From Candidatus Kaiserbacteria bacterium (lineage in GTDB: Bacteria; Patescibacteriota; Minisyncoccia; Phycocordibacterales; UBA2100): a stretch of DNA of 64,000 bases. A program made the translations under genes and the position numbers. The notes under the pieces are model-generated. The model was not told where the DNA came from, ran no database searches, and saw only the letters and a program-made list of their open reading frames with translations. This document shows, piece after piece, positions 10,959-21,223 of this stretch. The DNA is taken from positions 4,025 through 68,024 of the forward strand of contig JALWOZ010000012.1 of assembly GCA_027083345.1 (NCBI GenBank), given 5' to 3'. Each line of letters begins with the position of its first letter. Position 1 is the stretch's first letter.

Positions 10959-11068
10959 ATCATAAAATAGCTTATACTGCAAATAAAGTGCTATTACGCG
11001 CCACTATAACGTGCTTGTCAAGCTTTTGCAAGTAAATAAGCGCTAAAACTGTGTTTAACCCACTAACA

Positions 11069-12775
11069 TTATTTTAATGACTCTAGTGCGGAATTAACTT
11101 GCACTATTTGCTTATTTAATTCCTCAACTCTAGCATTATCTCCCTCTACTTCAGCTTTGTGTAACTCTTGCATAAGACTGAGCCTCTTTGACCTAAGGGT
11201 AGACTGCTGTAAATAATCGAGCCTCTCTGCCACAACAGCCTGCACAGACGCATTATTAGTATACATATCCTCCACATAAGATATATCACCATCATTGAGG
11301 TTCTCGACTACTGACTCATAATCCTTCTTATCTACTAATGCTAAAATTCTACTCCTTATTGCCTCAACATCTATAGCCTTATCGTCTAATGTCTCCTGCC
11401 ACGAGATTATAGATGCCAACATATACAGTGGACTAAAATGCTTTTTGTAATCTACACTCCTGGTCGGAGATAAAATCTGACGCTCCTCATTAGGTAAATG
11501 GATATTTGACAAAGTTAGCGTTACAGCAGATTCTGATGCTCCTATTTTGCCTGCCACCAATTTTATAAAATGTTCTTGGTCTATCTTACTCTGCACTCGC
11601 GCCACAAAAGGCAAGACAACCTCCTCTACTTTCTTTTTAAACTTCCTATCGTCTTCTGCATATTTATCTTTATATAAATCCAATAAAAATTCTATTATAT
11701 GCTTAGACTGTTTAACTAACTTTTTCCACTCTTCTTTACCGTCTTTATCTTTTAATAGATCCGCAGGATCTTGTCCTAACCCTAAACGCAAAACTTTAAC
11801 ATCAAAACCATTTTGCATTGCAATTATTGCGCTACGACCTGTAGCCTTTATACCTGCCTCATCTGCATCTAATGCTAAAATAAGATTCTTAGACATCCTT
11901 TTGAGTAAATTACAGTGCTCTACCGTTAAAGCTGTACCAGATATTGCTACAGTATTACAATATCCTGTTTGATGACATGCAATAAGATCCATCTGACCCT
12001 CTACCAAGATAGTAAAGTCATTCTTACGTATGCTTTGTTTAGCCATATCAAAACCATACAACACCTTAGACTTATTATATAACTCTGTCTCTGGGGAGTT
12101 AATATACTTAGCCACCTTATCGTCTTTATTACCAAATATACGCCCAGAGAAAGCAACAACCCTACCTGCAGAATCTCGTATAGGAAACATAATACGAGAA
12201 CGGAATCTATCATAATAACCTTTATCACCTTTAATAATGAGCCCAACCTTCTCTACAATAGTCTTATTATGCCCAGCTACCTCAAGAATATTCTCTACTG
12301 CGTGCCAATTATCTGGAGCAAACCCTATCTGAAAATGGCTAACAGTCTCTGCACTAAACCCTCTATCTTTGAGATAAGTCATAACCTCTTTGTTATCCTG
12401 TAATCTCTGATAATAAAACTCCGATGCGCTGGCCATACACTCAAACATCTGTTCCCTCTCCTCTACCTCCTCTTTACTCTTTTTAGGTCCATCATATTTA
12501 ATTTCTACTCCAGCCTTTTCGGCTAAGATTTTCAACGCACCTTTAAAATCTACTCCCTCCATATTCTCTATAAAAGTGAATATATCTCCATGCTCTCCAC
12601 AACCAAAGCAGTGGTAACTCTGGCGTGCAGGTGAGACAGTAAAAGATGGTGAACGTTCTGAGTGAAAGGGGCACCGCGCCTTCATATTAGCACCTGCGCG
12701 CTGTAAGGTAATATATTCGGATATTAAATCCACTATATCAATCCTATCTTTAATCTGTTCTACAGTTGAACTCAT
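11069..12775 (-). CDS. dnaG: DNA primase
   Basis: CPFH zinc finger, KYINSPET, EGQMD and DADEAG TOPRIM motifs. Confidence 0.97.
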   Translation of the reverse strand: MSSTVEQIKDRIDIVDLISEYITLQRAGANMKARCPFHSERSPSFTVSPARQSYHCFGCGEHGDIFTFIENMEGVDFKGALKILAEKAGVEIKYDGPKKSKEEVEEREQMFECMASASEFYYQRLQDNKEVMTYLKDRGFSAETVSHFQIGFAPDNWHAVENILEVAGHNKTIVEKVGLIIKGDKGYYDRFRSRIMFPIRDSAGRVVAFSGRIFGNKDDKVAKYINSPETELYNKSKVLYGFDMAKQSIRKNDFTILVEGQMDLIACHQTGYCNTVAISGTALTVEHCNLLKRMSKNLILALDADEAGIKATGRSAIIAMQNGFDVKVLRLGLGQDPADLLKDKDGKEEWKKLVKQSKHIIEFLLDLYKDKYAEDDRKFKKKVEEVVLPFVARVQSKIDQEHFIKLVAGKIGASESAVTLTLSNIHLPNEERQILSPTRSVDYKKHFSPLYMLASIISWQETLDDKAIDVEAIRSRILALVDKKDYESVVENLNDGDISYVEDMYTNNASVQAVVAERLDYLQQSTLRSKRLSLMQELHKAEVEGDNARVEELNKQIVQVNSALESLK

Positions 12776-12812
12776 TTATACTTAGTATACCACGATGTTT
12801 TTTGCTTGCTAT

Positions 12813-13574
12813 TTATTGCCGTAGGTGCTCTTTTATATTATTTATAAGATTTATTCTATCATCTTTATTTGAAAAATTATGGTCTCCAGATAATTCCACA
12901 TAATTAATATTAGGTATGTGCTTATATTCATCAAATTCTTCACCATTACCAACTATTTGATCATTAAGTGGCTTAAATATAGTGACTTTAGATTTATTGG
13001 CCAAAGTAGTTAGGTCCTCTTTTATATTATATTCACTTAACTCAGACCAAAACTGTGGGCCAAGCTTTTGTACCTTACCAGAAGTACGTGGGTATGTTGT
13101 TATACCACTCTTGTCTACTATGCCTCCTTTACTTAAAATCCTCTGCTCTAACCTATCGGCTATATTTTGTAACTCTAAATTTGTTATACCTGTAAATATA
13201 ATCTTGTTTATACTATTAGGGTTAAATATTGTAGTAATGACAGTACCCATTGAGTGTGCTAATATATTAATAGATTTAACTGGGTACAACCTCCTAGCAT
13301 ACTCTACGACACTTTCAAGATCTTTAGCTGACTTATGTATACTATAGTCTTGCTCAGGACCTCCCGACTTGCCACAGCCAGATTGGTCAAAACGTAACAA
13401 TAAATAAGAGTCTTCAAGAGAATCTGCTATCTCGGCAAATAAATGGGTACCCTCTCCCTTATCTGTACCAAAACCGTGTACAAATATGATTAGATTCTCC
13501 GCATTCTCATTACCTTGTATAACAGTATCTAACTCCTCTTTATGTGTATTCTCAATTTTTACTCTCTTAAACAT
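12813..13574 (-). CDS. Alpha/beta hydrolase
   Basis: VHGFG, AHSMG nucleophile elbow, GDH. Confidence 0.85.
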   Translation of the reverse strand: MFKRVKIENTHKEELDTVIQGNENAENLIIFVHGFGTDKGEGTHLFAEIADSLEDSYLLLRFDQSGCGKSGGPEQDYSIHKSAKDLESVVEYARRLYPVKSINILAHSMGTVITTIFNPNSINKIIFTGITNLELQNIADRLEQRILSKGGIVDKSGITTYPRTSGKVQKLGPQFWSELSEYNIKEDLTTLANKSKVTIFKPLNDQIVGNGEEFDEYKHIPNINYVELSGDHNFSNKDDRINLINNIKEHLRQ

Positions 13575-13593
13575 TATTTAATAGTATATCATA

Positions 13594-13626
13594 AGAGAAG
13601 ACTCTCCGTGACAGAGAGTCTTCTCT
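13594..13626 (-). terminator. Hairpin after rpsI
   Basis: AGAGAAGACTCTC...GAGAGTCTTCTCT inverted repeat. Confidence 0.6.
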
Positions 13627-13649
13627 TAATTATTTCACACTTATTATTA

Positions 13650-14075
13650 CTATCGCTTGCTCCACTGTGGTGCCCTACGAGACTTTCTGAGGCCTGGTTT
13701 TTTACGTTCAACTTTACGAGGATCCCTTTTTAAGAATCCTTGTTTCTTCAAGTGATCTCTAAGTTCTTTATTATACTCCACCAAACCCCGCGCTATACCG
13801 TGTCTAAGTGCCTCTGCTTGAGCCGACACACCTCCTCCTTTTATAACTGCTGTTACCTCAAAGGTCAAATTAACATCATCTTGGGTTTTAAACACATCTA
13901 AGACAGTTTGTTGTAAAGCTTTTGTAGGGAAATAGTCTTCAAACTTTACAGGTTTCATTTTGTGCTCCACCTCTTTGAGTATTTCTATCTTTGTTTTACC
14001 TGCCTCTGAGATACGCACACGAGCACTAGCCGTTTTACGGCGTCCCACTGTCTCTATGTATTTGTCTTTTGCCAT
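13650..14075 (-). CDS. rpsI: 30S ribosomal protein S9
   Basis: GRRKTASARV, RDPRKVERKKPGL, PQWSKR. Confidence 0.98.
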   Translation of the reverse strand: MAKDKYIETVGRRKTASARVRISEAGKTKIEILKEVEHKMKPVKFEDYFPTKALQQTVLDVFKTQDDVNLTFEVTAVIKGGGVSAQAEALRHGIARGLVEYNKELRDHLKKQGFLKRDPRKVERKKPGLRKSRRAPQWSKR

Positions 14076-14088
14076 AATCCTATGCTTA

Positions 14089-14442
14089 TTATTTAATTAT
14101 TAAATTCTTCATACGCTCTTTGCGCAACTTATTGGCTGGTAACATCCCATATACTGCTTTACGCAAAACTTCTGAAGCCCCATGCTGAGCTATCACATCT
14201 GCCATAGTAAATACTTTACGACCCCCCGGATAACCTGAGTACCTTTGATACTCCTTCTCTGACAATTTCTTATCTCCAAAAAATATCTTATCAACACCCT
14301 CCACTGAGACAGATACATTTACTACTACGTTAGGAGCATAATCAGGAGAGTCTTTACCTAATAATATGGTAGAGATCTCTGACGCTACTCTGCCCAACTT
14401 CTTGCCCTCTGCATTTATATTATACTCTTTTGTTTTAGTCAT
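14089..14442 (-). CDS. rplM: 50S ribosomal protein L13 (short form)
   Basis: LGRVAS, YSGYPGG, AVYGMLP. Confidence 0.95.
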   Translation of the reverse strand: MTKTKEYNINAEGKKLGRVASEISTILLGKDSPDYAPNVVVNVSVSVEGVDKIFFGDKKLSEKEYQRYSGYPGGRKVFTMADVIAQHGASEVLRKAVYGMLPANKLRKERMKNLIIK

Positions 14443-14450
14443 AATAACAA

Positions 14451-14807
14451 TTATTTAATGAATTCAATCCTAGCATGGTCTCGAGTACTACCTGAGAACT
14501 TACCTAACTTGGTTATACGAATATATCCTCCCGGTCTATCTTTATACTCCTTAGCCAATTCATCGTGTAGCTTTTTAGAAGTCTCAACATCATTACCTAA
14601 TCGTGAAGCTATTACCCTACGACTTGCTACCGTATCCTTTTTTGCCAGAGTAACCAACTTCTCTACCATTGGACGTAACTCTTTAGCCTTTGCTAATGTA
14701 GTCTCTATAGAGCCCTCAAGTACCAAAGCCCTTACCAAAGATCTCAATAAAGCGGTACGTACCTTGCGTACTCTACCGAATTTTCTTTGTTTACTTTTGT
14801 GCTTCAT
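14451..14807 (-). CDS. rplQ: 50S ribosomal protein L17
   Basis: IETTLAKAKELR, RPGGYIRI. Confidence 0.97.
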   Translation of the reverse strand: MKHKSKQRKFGRVRKVRTALLRSLVRALVLEGSIETTLAKAKELRPMVEKLVTLAKKDTVASRRVIASRLGNDVETSKKLHDELAKEYKDRPGGYIRITKLGKFSGSTRDHARIEFIK

Positions 14808-14832
14808 AATCTCTCTTTATATATTTATTTAA

Positions 14833-15813
14833 CTATGCTCTTAGAGTAACTCCATAATTAGATAAGGCTCTTTTTATCTCTTGTAAGCCTTTTTGGCCAA
14901 GTCCTTGTATACCTAACAGATCCTCTTCTCTCTTTCTAACCAATCCGCCAATTGTGCGGATACCCGCCTCACTCATAGCATCTGCAACTCTTGTAGATAA
15001 TTTAAGTTCTTCTACTCTTGTTTTAAATATCTCAGCTGTATCAGGAGACTTGTCTTTCTTCTCCTCTTGATTTGAGTCAACATTCTCTACCTTAAGTGTA
15101 GTCTCGTCTACCTCTGGCTCCTCTTCTTTGAAGCCTATTATAGCCTTTAGTTGATGTATCATTATCTCAATAGACTTCTCTAGTGCATCATGCGCTGAGA
15201 TAGTACCATCTGTTTCTATAAATATCCTTAATCTATTATAGTCTGTCCTATCTCCTACACGCATATTTTCCACCTCATAATTTACTCTTTTTATAGGAGC
15301 AAAAGCTGCGTCGAGTGCTATAGCACCTATGTCTACCTTTTCTTTATTTAACTCCTCTTTTGGCACATATCCCAGACCAGTCTCTATGGTAAACTCCGCG
15401 TTAAAACTAACCTTACCTGTTATGTCTGCTATATATTGACCCTTATTCAACACCTCTACCTGACCGGGAGTCTCAATGTCTGCTGCCGTAACCACTTTGG
15501 GTCCTTTAATGGACATCTTAAGAGTCTGAGGTTCTGTAGTAGTTGTACTAAACCTAACCTTCTTTAGGTTTAACAATATTCTTATTACATCTTCTTTCAC
15601 ACCCTCTATAGTAGAGAACTCGTGGCTAACACCCTCTATTTTAACACTAGTTATAGCCACACCAGGTAGAGATGACAATATAATACGACGCAGAGAGTTA
15701 CCAACGGTATGTCCATAGCCCGGATAAAATCCATCTATCTCATAAATACCGCGATTCTCACTCTCCTCTACTATACGAGGTTTTGTTGGTAATGCTACTT
15801 GGTAATCTGACAT
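14833..15813 (-). CDS. rpoA: RNA polymerase alpha subunit
   Basis: GYGHTVGNSLRRIILSS, HEFSTIEGVKED. Confidence 0.98.
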   Translation of the reverse strand: MSDYQVALPTKPRIVEESENRGIYEIDGFYPGYGHTVGNSLRRIILSSLPGVAITSVKIEGVSHEFSTIEGVKEDVIRILLNLKKVRFSTTTTEPQTLKMSIKGPKVVTAADIETPGQVEVLNKGQYIADITGKVSFNAEFTIETGLGYVPKEELNKEKVDIGAIALDAAFAPIKRVNYEVENMRVGDRTDYNRLRIFIETDGTISAHDALEKSIEIMIHQLKAIIGFKEEEPEVDETTLKVENVDSNQEEKKDKSPDTAEIFKTRVEELKLSTRVADAMSEAGIRTIGGLVRKREEDLLGIQGLGQKGLQEIKRALSNYGVTLRA

Positions 15814-15846
15814 ATAAAAATTCTTTAGGATTTAATAATAAATACA

Positions 15847-16440
15847 TTAACGACTATAAAACTCAAATACTGACTGATAATCAAGTATTGTTGCTCCTTG
15901 TTCATACACAGGTACTGATTTAACTAGTACAGTCATCTTTTTATTGTCTACTGATAACCATTTTGGAGCCTTTTCTGTCATATCTCTATCTTTAAATACT
16001 AATTTGTTCTTACTACCGTCTTTAACACTAACCTCATCTCCAACAGCCAGCAAATGAGAGGGTACCTTAAGCTTTCGGCCGTTAACCTGTATATGTCCAT
16101 GAGAGACTAATTGTCTAGCCATACGGCGAGTAGAAGCAAACCCTGCTCTATATACTACATTATCAAGACGCATCTCGAGTAGAGAGTTCATAGTGTTTAC
16201 TGTATCTGCGCTAGACATAGCCAAGTCCACATACTTTCTAAGTTGTCTCTCTGTTATACCATAAGAAAACCTAACTTTCTGCTTCTCTATAAGTTGTTTA
16301 CCGTAATCAGACATCCCTCTACGTCTAGAACCTCCCTTTTTAGACTTAGCCTCAGAGAGTTGGAACTTTTGTGTTTGGCACTTCTCAAAGATACCACCAC
16401 CTAATCTTTTACATATTTTGTACTTTGGTCCAATTTTCAT
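15847..16440 (-). CDS. rpsD: 30S ribosomal protein S4
   Basis: LEMRLDNVVYR, ARQLVSHGH, EFYSR. Confidence 0.98.
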   Translation of the reverse strand: MKIGPKYKICKRLGGGIFEKCQTQKFQLSEAKSKKGGSRRRGMSDYGKQLIEKQKVRFSYGITERQLRKYVDLAMSSADTVNTMNSLLEMRLDNVVYRAGFASTRRMARQLVSHGHIQVNGRKLKVPSHLLAVGDEVSVKDGSKNKLVFKDRDMTEKAPKWLSVDNKKMTVLVKSVPVYEQGATILDYQSVFEFYSR

Positions 16441-16464
16441 AAATTATATTCAATTTTAATGATC

Positions 16465-16899
16465 TTATACTCTTCTTGCTTTAGGGGGTCTAGGTCCATT
16501 ATGTGGCACGGGAGTCTCATCTCTAACACTAGTAAGGTTTATCCCTGTAGCAACAAAAGCCCTCAATGCACTCTCGCGGCCAGAGCCTACCCCCTTAATA
16601 ACAGCACTGACTTCTTTTACTCCCATCATCTTAGCCTTCTCTCCTACAACTTCTCCAACCTTAGCAGCGGCAAATGGAGTGCTCTTTTTCGCTCCAGAGA
16701 ATCCTAATGCTCCAGAACTAGACCATGCAACAACATTACCAGACATATCTGATAAATTAACTTTAGTATTATTATAAGTTGCTTGCACATTTAAAATACC
16801 TTCTGCAAGTTTCTTTTTGCTAGTCTTTGCTAAAGCACGAGCCTTCAAACCCTTACTCATTGTACTGCCTTTCTTTTTTACTATTCTCTTCTTACCCAT
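16465..16899 (-). CDS. rpsK: 30S ribosomal protein S11
   Basis: TYNNT, KKSTPFAA, TPVPHNG. Confidence 0.98.
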   Translation of the reverse strand: MGKKRIVKKKGSTMSKGLKARALAKTSKKKLAEGILNVQATYNNTKVNLSDMSGNVVAWSSSGALGFSGAKKSTPFAAAKVGEVVGEKAKMMGVKEVSAVIKGVGSGRESALRAFVATGINLTSVRDETPVPHNGPRPPKARRV

Positions 16900-16909
16900 A
16901 ATTAAATTG

Positions 16910-17308
16910 TTATTTCTTCTCTACTTTTACCTTACCACTCGTCATAGTCTTACGAGCCTTATGCATAGCATGTATACCACTAGGCACAGTACGATTGTTT
17001 GTTTTAGTTGTTTGCCCTCGCAATTTCATATTGCGACTGTGTCTATCACCTCTCCTACTGCCAATGTCCTTGAGTCTTTTAATACTAGCGCTCTTCTCTC
17101 TCTTTAAATCACCTTCTATTACGAAACTCTCAACAGCAGAACGAATCTCTGTCTCTTTTTTAGTATCTATATCAGCCGGCCTACTGCCAGCATCTATACC
17201 CAACTTAGACAATATGTCTTGAGCTCTAGACAAGCCAATACCATATATAGCTGTGAGGCCATACTCTAATCTCTTATTATCTGGTATTGTGATTCCTGCA
17301 ATTCTCAT
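16910..17308 (-). CDS. rpsM: 30S ribosomal protein S13
   Basis: MRIAG, LTAIYGIG, RGQTTKTN. Confidence 0.97.
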   Translation of the reverse strand: MRIAGITIPDNKRLEYGLTAIYGIGLSRAQDILSKLGIDAGSRPADIDTKKETEIRSAVESFVIEGDLKREKSASIKRLKDIGSRRGDRHSRNMKLRGQTTKTNNRTVPSGIHAMHKARKTMTSGKVKVEKK

Positions 17309-17341
17309 AACTCAATCTTTTTTGCTTTTATTTATAAATAA

Positions 17342-17458
17342 TTAACCTTGCCTTTGTTTATGTCTAGGGTTTACTTTACATATAACTCGTACACTACCAT
17401 TACGACGCAAAACTTGGCAATCCTTACAAATCTTTTTTACTGATGATTTTACCTTCAT
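17342..17458 (-). CDS. rpmJ: 50S ribosomal protein L36 (below ORF-track cutoff)
   Basis: Manual translation [38 protein letters not shown]. Confidence 0.97.
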   Translation of the reverse strand: MKVKSSVKKICKDCQVLRRNGSVRVICKVNPRHKQRQG

Positions 17459-17459
17459 A

Positions 17460-17678
17460 TTATGTTTGTCTTCTTGTTATGCGAGCCTTACCGCCATATG
17501 GATCTACAACCATAAGTACGGTATCTCCAACCAAAACCTTGATACGAAACTTACGCATCTTACCTGAGAGGAAACCTATAACCTCTTGCTCTGTATCCTT
17601 CACTAAAATCCGGAACATAGCATTAGGTAATAGCTCTGTTACTACTCCCTCAGTTAATTCTTGTTCTTGTTTTGCCAC
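17460..17678 (-). CDS. infA: Translation initiation factor IF-1
   Basis: [28 protein letters not shown]; probable GTG start. Confidence 0.95.
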   Translation of the reverse strand: MAKQEQELTEGVVTELLPNAMFRILVKDTEQEVIGFLSGKMRKFRIKVLVGDTVLMVVDPYGGKARITRRQT

Positions 17679-17762
17679 AACATTTTTTACCCAGCCACCA
17701 TCAAACATGACAGAGACATGGATTGCGCCAAATACTAACAAGTTAACTTGATATTGTCAACT

Positions 17763-19037
17763 TTAGTAACTTACTCCCCTGGTATACCGATTAGCCGGGT
17801 CCCATATCATATACCCACCCGTAACTCCAGCATCTCGACTAGCTTTTATCTGGGCATTGACCTCTGCTATGCCATAATTACCCCCGTAATCAAAATCTTG
17901 CAACCACGGGCGCATTTTCTCAGTGCTGTATATAGGCTTTTTATATATAGCTGGTGTACTGGTAGACACGCGAGTATAAGCAAATGAGGCTATCTTTGTA
18001 CTTGTTGCCATAGTACGCTCTACGGCCTTTTTCATAGAGTAGTTAACGACACTATATACATCACTATTAGGATTCTTCAACCCTATAAATCCGGGAGGGT
18101 AATGGCTCGGATACACCATTGGTGCAACTGCATCAAAATACGGTAAGGTCCTTTCAAGTACTTGCCCTATTGTCAAATCATCATAATTAGTTGCAGTCAT
18201 ACCAAAAAGATCAGCAGAGAGCATGGGCCTATCTCCTAACTTATATGATGAGCTGAGTTGCTCATGCAAATAAACAAAAAACTTCTCTAAATTTTTAGCT
18301 CTATTAGCATCTGTAACAACTCCATTAACTCCTGATAAAGAATAGTAAACATCTTTCATTGGGCCGTCTGAGGGGTATCTAATATAGTCAAAATTTAACT
18401 CATCAAAACCTAATTTGTCGTGAGATTCTCTAGCTAAGGTTATTATATAATCCCAATACTTTTTAGCTCCTACATCTATAAAATGCAAACCCTTATAATC
18501 AGACCAAGGTACAGTGGGGACACTTGCTTTATGCACTGCGAGCTCGGGATGATTTTTAGCATATAAAGGATCTTGGAAGACGGTAATACGCCCAATCACA
18601 TAAATATCATTATCATGTAATTCCTCTATAAAACTTTTTATGTCATTAATTTTACATCCTCTGCCCTCTGCACCCTCTGCTAAAATTTTAGCCTCCGTAG
18701 GCACAGAGATCGTACCTGTGTAATCTTTAATGTCTATAACTATGGCATTTAATTCTGTTTGCTTGATCAGATTTAGTAGTTTACTACGCAACTCCTTACT
18801 AGCACCATAACATGCAGTCATATATATACCTCTCACCTCTTTAGGCATCTCAACATGTTTAACTATTGGTCCCTGCACTAAAGTACGATCTGAAACAGTT
18901 GAAGTAGCCGAATTATAAGATACTTGATCAATATTAAAATCACTTACAAAAAAGCTCCACAAAGCTACTAAAACAAGTACTAGAATCCCCACAATTCCTA
19001 TTATTGTTACTCTAGACGGTTTATTATTTCTGCTCAT
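17763..19037 (-). CDS. Putative glycoside hydrolase (DUF4015-like), membrane anchored
   Basis: VRGIY, NAIVIDIKD, GFDELNFDYIRYP, PMVYPSHY, RPWLQDF. Confidence 0.85.
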   Translation of the reverse strand: MSRNNKPSRVTIIGIVGILVLVLVALWSFFVSDFNIDQVSYNSATSTVSDRTLVQGPIVKHVEMPKEVRGIYMTACYGASKELRSKLLNLIKQTELNAIVIDIKDYTGTISVPTEAKILAEGAEGRGCKINDIKSFIEELHDNDIYVIGRITVFQDPLYAKNHPELAVHKASVPTVPWSDYKGLHFIDVGAKKYWDYIITLARESHDKLGFDELNFDYIRYPSDGPMKDVYYSLSGVNGVVTDANRAKNLEKFFVYLHEQLSSSYKLGDRPMLSADLFGMTATNYDDLTIGQVLERTLPYFDAVAPMVYPSHYPPGFIGLKNPNSDVYSVVNYSMKKAVERTMATSTKIASFAYTRVSTSTPAIYKKPIYSTEKMRPWLQDFDYGGNYGIAEVNAQIKASRDAGVTGGYMIWDPANRYTRGVSY

Positions 19038-19052
19038 AATTATGCCAGTATA

Positions 19053-19730
19053 CTAGCTACTGACAATAACCACAAACTCTCCTTTTTGTTTTTGTGGATT
19101 AGATTCTAATTGTTTTAGTAATTCTTTAGCTGTGCCTTGCAACACTTCCTCATACACTTTAGTTAACTCTCGTGCCAATGTCACTTTCTTATCCTCACCC
19201 ACAAATCCTTCAAGCTCCTTCAACAGCTTTAAGATTCTGTGGGTTGATTCATAAAAAACTACAGTCTGCTTTAATGACGCGACTTCCTTAAGAGCCGTTT
19301 GTCTACCTTTCTTCTGTGGTAAAAATCCTAAAAATGTAAACTTATTTGTTGGTACACCTGCAATACTTAGCGCTGCAGTTAAGGCACTTGCACCAGGTAC
19401 TGCAACAACTCCTAAATCATTCTCTTTGGCAGAGCTAACTAGTCTTACTCCAGGGTCTGAGATACCGGGTGTACCGGCATCACTAACATAAACAATATCC
19501 TTACCCCCTTGTAATAGCTCCAGAGCTAACTCTATCTTTTGTTCTTCTGTACGAGCATTCATACTAACCATATTAGCCTTAATACCGTGATGATGTAGCA
19601 ACTTGCCCGTAACTCTAGTATCTTCACAAAACACGGTGTCCACCTCAGAGAGCACTCTCAAGGCGCGCAAAGTAATATCCTCAAGGTTACCTATAGGAGT
19701 TGCTACTATGTATAGTTTCCCTTTGTTCAT
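19053..19730 (-). CDS. rsmI: 16S rRNA C1402 2'-O-methyltransferase
   Basis: LYIVATPIGNLEDIT, SDAGTPGISDPG, ARELTK. Confidence 0.96.
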   Translation of the reverse strand: MNKGKLYIVATPIGNLEDITLRALRVLSEVDTVFCEDTRVTGKLLHHHGIKANMVSMNARTEEQKIELALELLQGGKDIVYVSDAGTPGISDPGVRLVSSAKENDLGVVAVPGASALTAALSIAGVPTNKFTFLGFLPQKKGRQTALKEVASLKQTVVFYESTHRILKLLKELEGFVGEDKKVTLARELTKVYEEVLQGTAKELLKQLESNPQKQKGEFVVIVSS

Positions 19731-19800
19731 TACGTTGAGTATATATCAAAACCTACTCTATACAATGCCAAAAAATAAAACTCTGTTATACTTAAAGTTA

Positions 19801-21222
19801 ATGAAGAAGGCACATGTAATAGGAGTAAGTGGAGTAGCCATGAGCGCAACAGCCAAACTACTCCTAGACAAAGGTTGGGAGGTTACTGGCTCTGATGAAG
19901 CATGTTATCCACCTGCGAGTACTTATGTAGAGAAGCTTGGTTTTACATTCTACAAAGGCTATACTCCAAACAACATACCAAAAGATGTGGATCTAATAAT
20001 AGTAGGTCGCAACGCACAACTAGACCCAAAAGTTAATACTGAGGTTCAAGAAGCATTAAAGCTAAAGAATGCTGGCAAGGTTAATATACTATCTTACCCA
20101 CAAGCATTACGTGAGCTTAGTGATGGTATGAATAGAGTGGTTGTAGCCGGTAGTTATGGCAAAAGTACCGTAACATCTCTAATCTCTTATATACTTGTGC
20201 ACGCCGGTAAAGAACCCGGATACTTTATAGGAGCATACCCGAATGATATGGAATACACCTCAAACCTTGGCAAGGGTGAGGTTTTTGTAATGGAAGGAGA
20301 TGAGTACCCCACAGCGCATGGTGATAATCGCGCCAAATTCTTACACTATGAGCCTAACACCGTACTACTCACCTCTATAGACCATGACCATGTTAATGTT
20401 TACCCTACTTATGATGATTATAAAAAGCCTTTTATAAAGCTTCTACAAGGCTTGCCTAAGGACGGCCTGCTGGTAGCCTGCACAGACAATGTAGGAGTTA
20501 ATGAAGTTGGATATAATACAAATGCAGAGGTAGTAACATATGGAGTGTATAATGATGCAACCTGGACAGCACAAAATATAACCTACAGCGAGACAACTAC
20601 ATTTGAACTACGCAAAGACGGCATCACCATAACAAACCTGGAAACGCAATTACTGGGTAAACATAATGTACAGAATATCGTAGGGGCTTCGGCTCTGCTA
20701 CTCGAGAGGGGTCTCGTAACTCCTAATGAGCTTACTGATGCTATTAAGAACTTCAGTGGAGTAAAGCGCCGACTTAATAGAATCACAAACAATAACACTA
20801 TACCTGCCTACGAAGGCTTTGGCACCTCATATGAGAAGGCGCGTAGCGCCATAGGAGCAATAAAGTTGCATTATCCTAACAAAGACATGTTGATATTATT
20901 TGAGCCTCACACCTTTAGCTGGCGTAATAGAGATGCACTCTATTGGTATGATGATGTGTTTAGGGAGGCCTCTGCTGTACTCGTCTTCCACCCCGCTGAA
21001 CAAGGTGCAGGCACTCATAAACAACTCTCGCAAGCGGAGATTGTGGAGCGTATAAACAATAGTGGTGTACAGGCAATAGCAGTTAATAATGAGGAGGAAG
21101 TGCATGAGCAACTAAAAAGCCTAATAAACCCAAATACAACCTTATTAATCCTCTCTTCTGGTAACTTAGATGGAGCTCTAGACAACTTACCTAAGTGGCT
21201 CAATAAACTTAACATAAAATAA
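19801..21222 (+). CDS. Mur ligase, Mpl/MurC family
   Basis: GVSGVAMS, GSYGKST P-loop, EGDEY..AKFLHY (Mpl-like), DHDH, GVKRR. Confidence 0.85.
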   Translation: MKKAHVIGVSGVAMSATAKLLLDKGWEVTGSDEACYPPASTYVEKLGFTFYKGYTPNNIPKDVDLIIVGRNAQLDPKVNTEVQEALKLKNAGKVNILSYPQALRELSDGMNRVVVAGSYGKSTVTSLISYILVHAGKEPGYFIGAYPNDMEYTSNLGKGEVFVMEGDEYPTAHGDNRAKFLHYEPNTVLLTSIDHDHVNVYPTYDDYKKPFIKLLQGLPKDGLLVACTDNVGVNEVGYNTNAEVVTYGVYNDATWTAQNITYSETTTFELRKDGITITNLETQLLGKHNVQNIVGASALLLERGLVTPNELTDAIKNFSGVKRRLNRITNNNTIPAYEGFGTSYEKARSAIGAIKLHYPNKDMLILFEPHTFSWRNRDALYWYDDVFREASAVLVFHPAEQGAGTHKQLSQAEIVERINNSGVQAIAVNNEEEVHEQLKSLINPNTTLLILSSGNLDGALDNLPKWLNKLNIK

Positions 21223-21223
21223 T

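Noticed and set aside
14070..17325. GGATT/GATTGA upstream of rpsI, rplQ and rpsM as an alternative SD complementary to the 16S tail UCAAUCC
   Set aside because: Spacing to the ATG is only 0-3 nt and there are too few cases; it needs a genome-wide test
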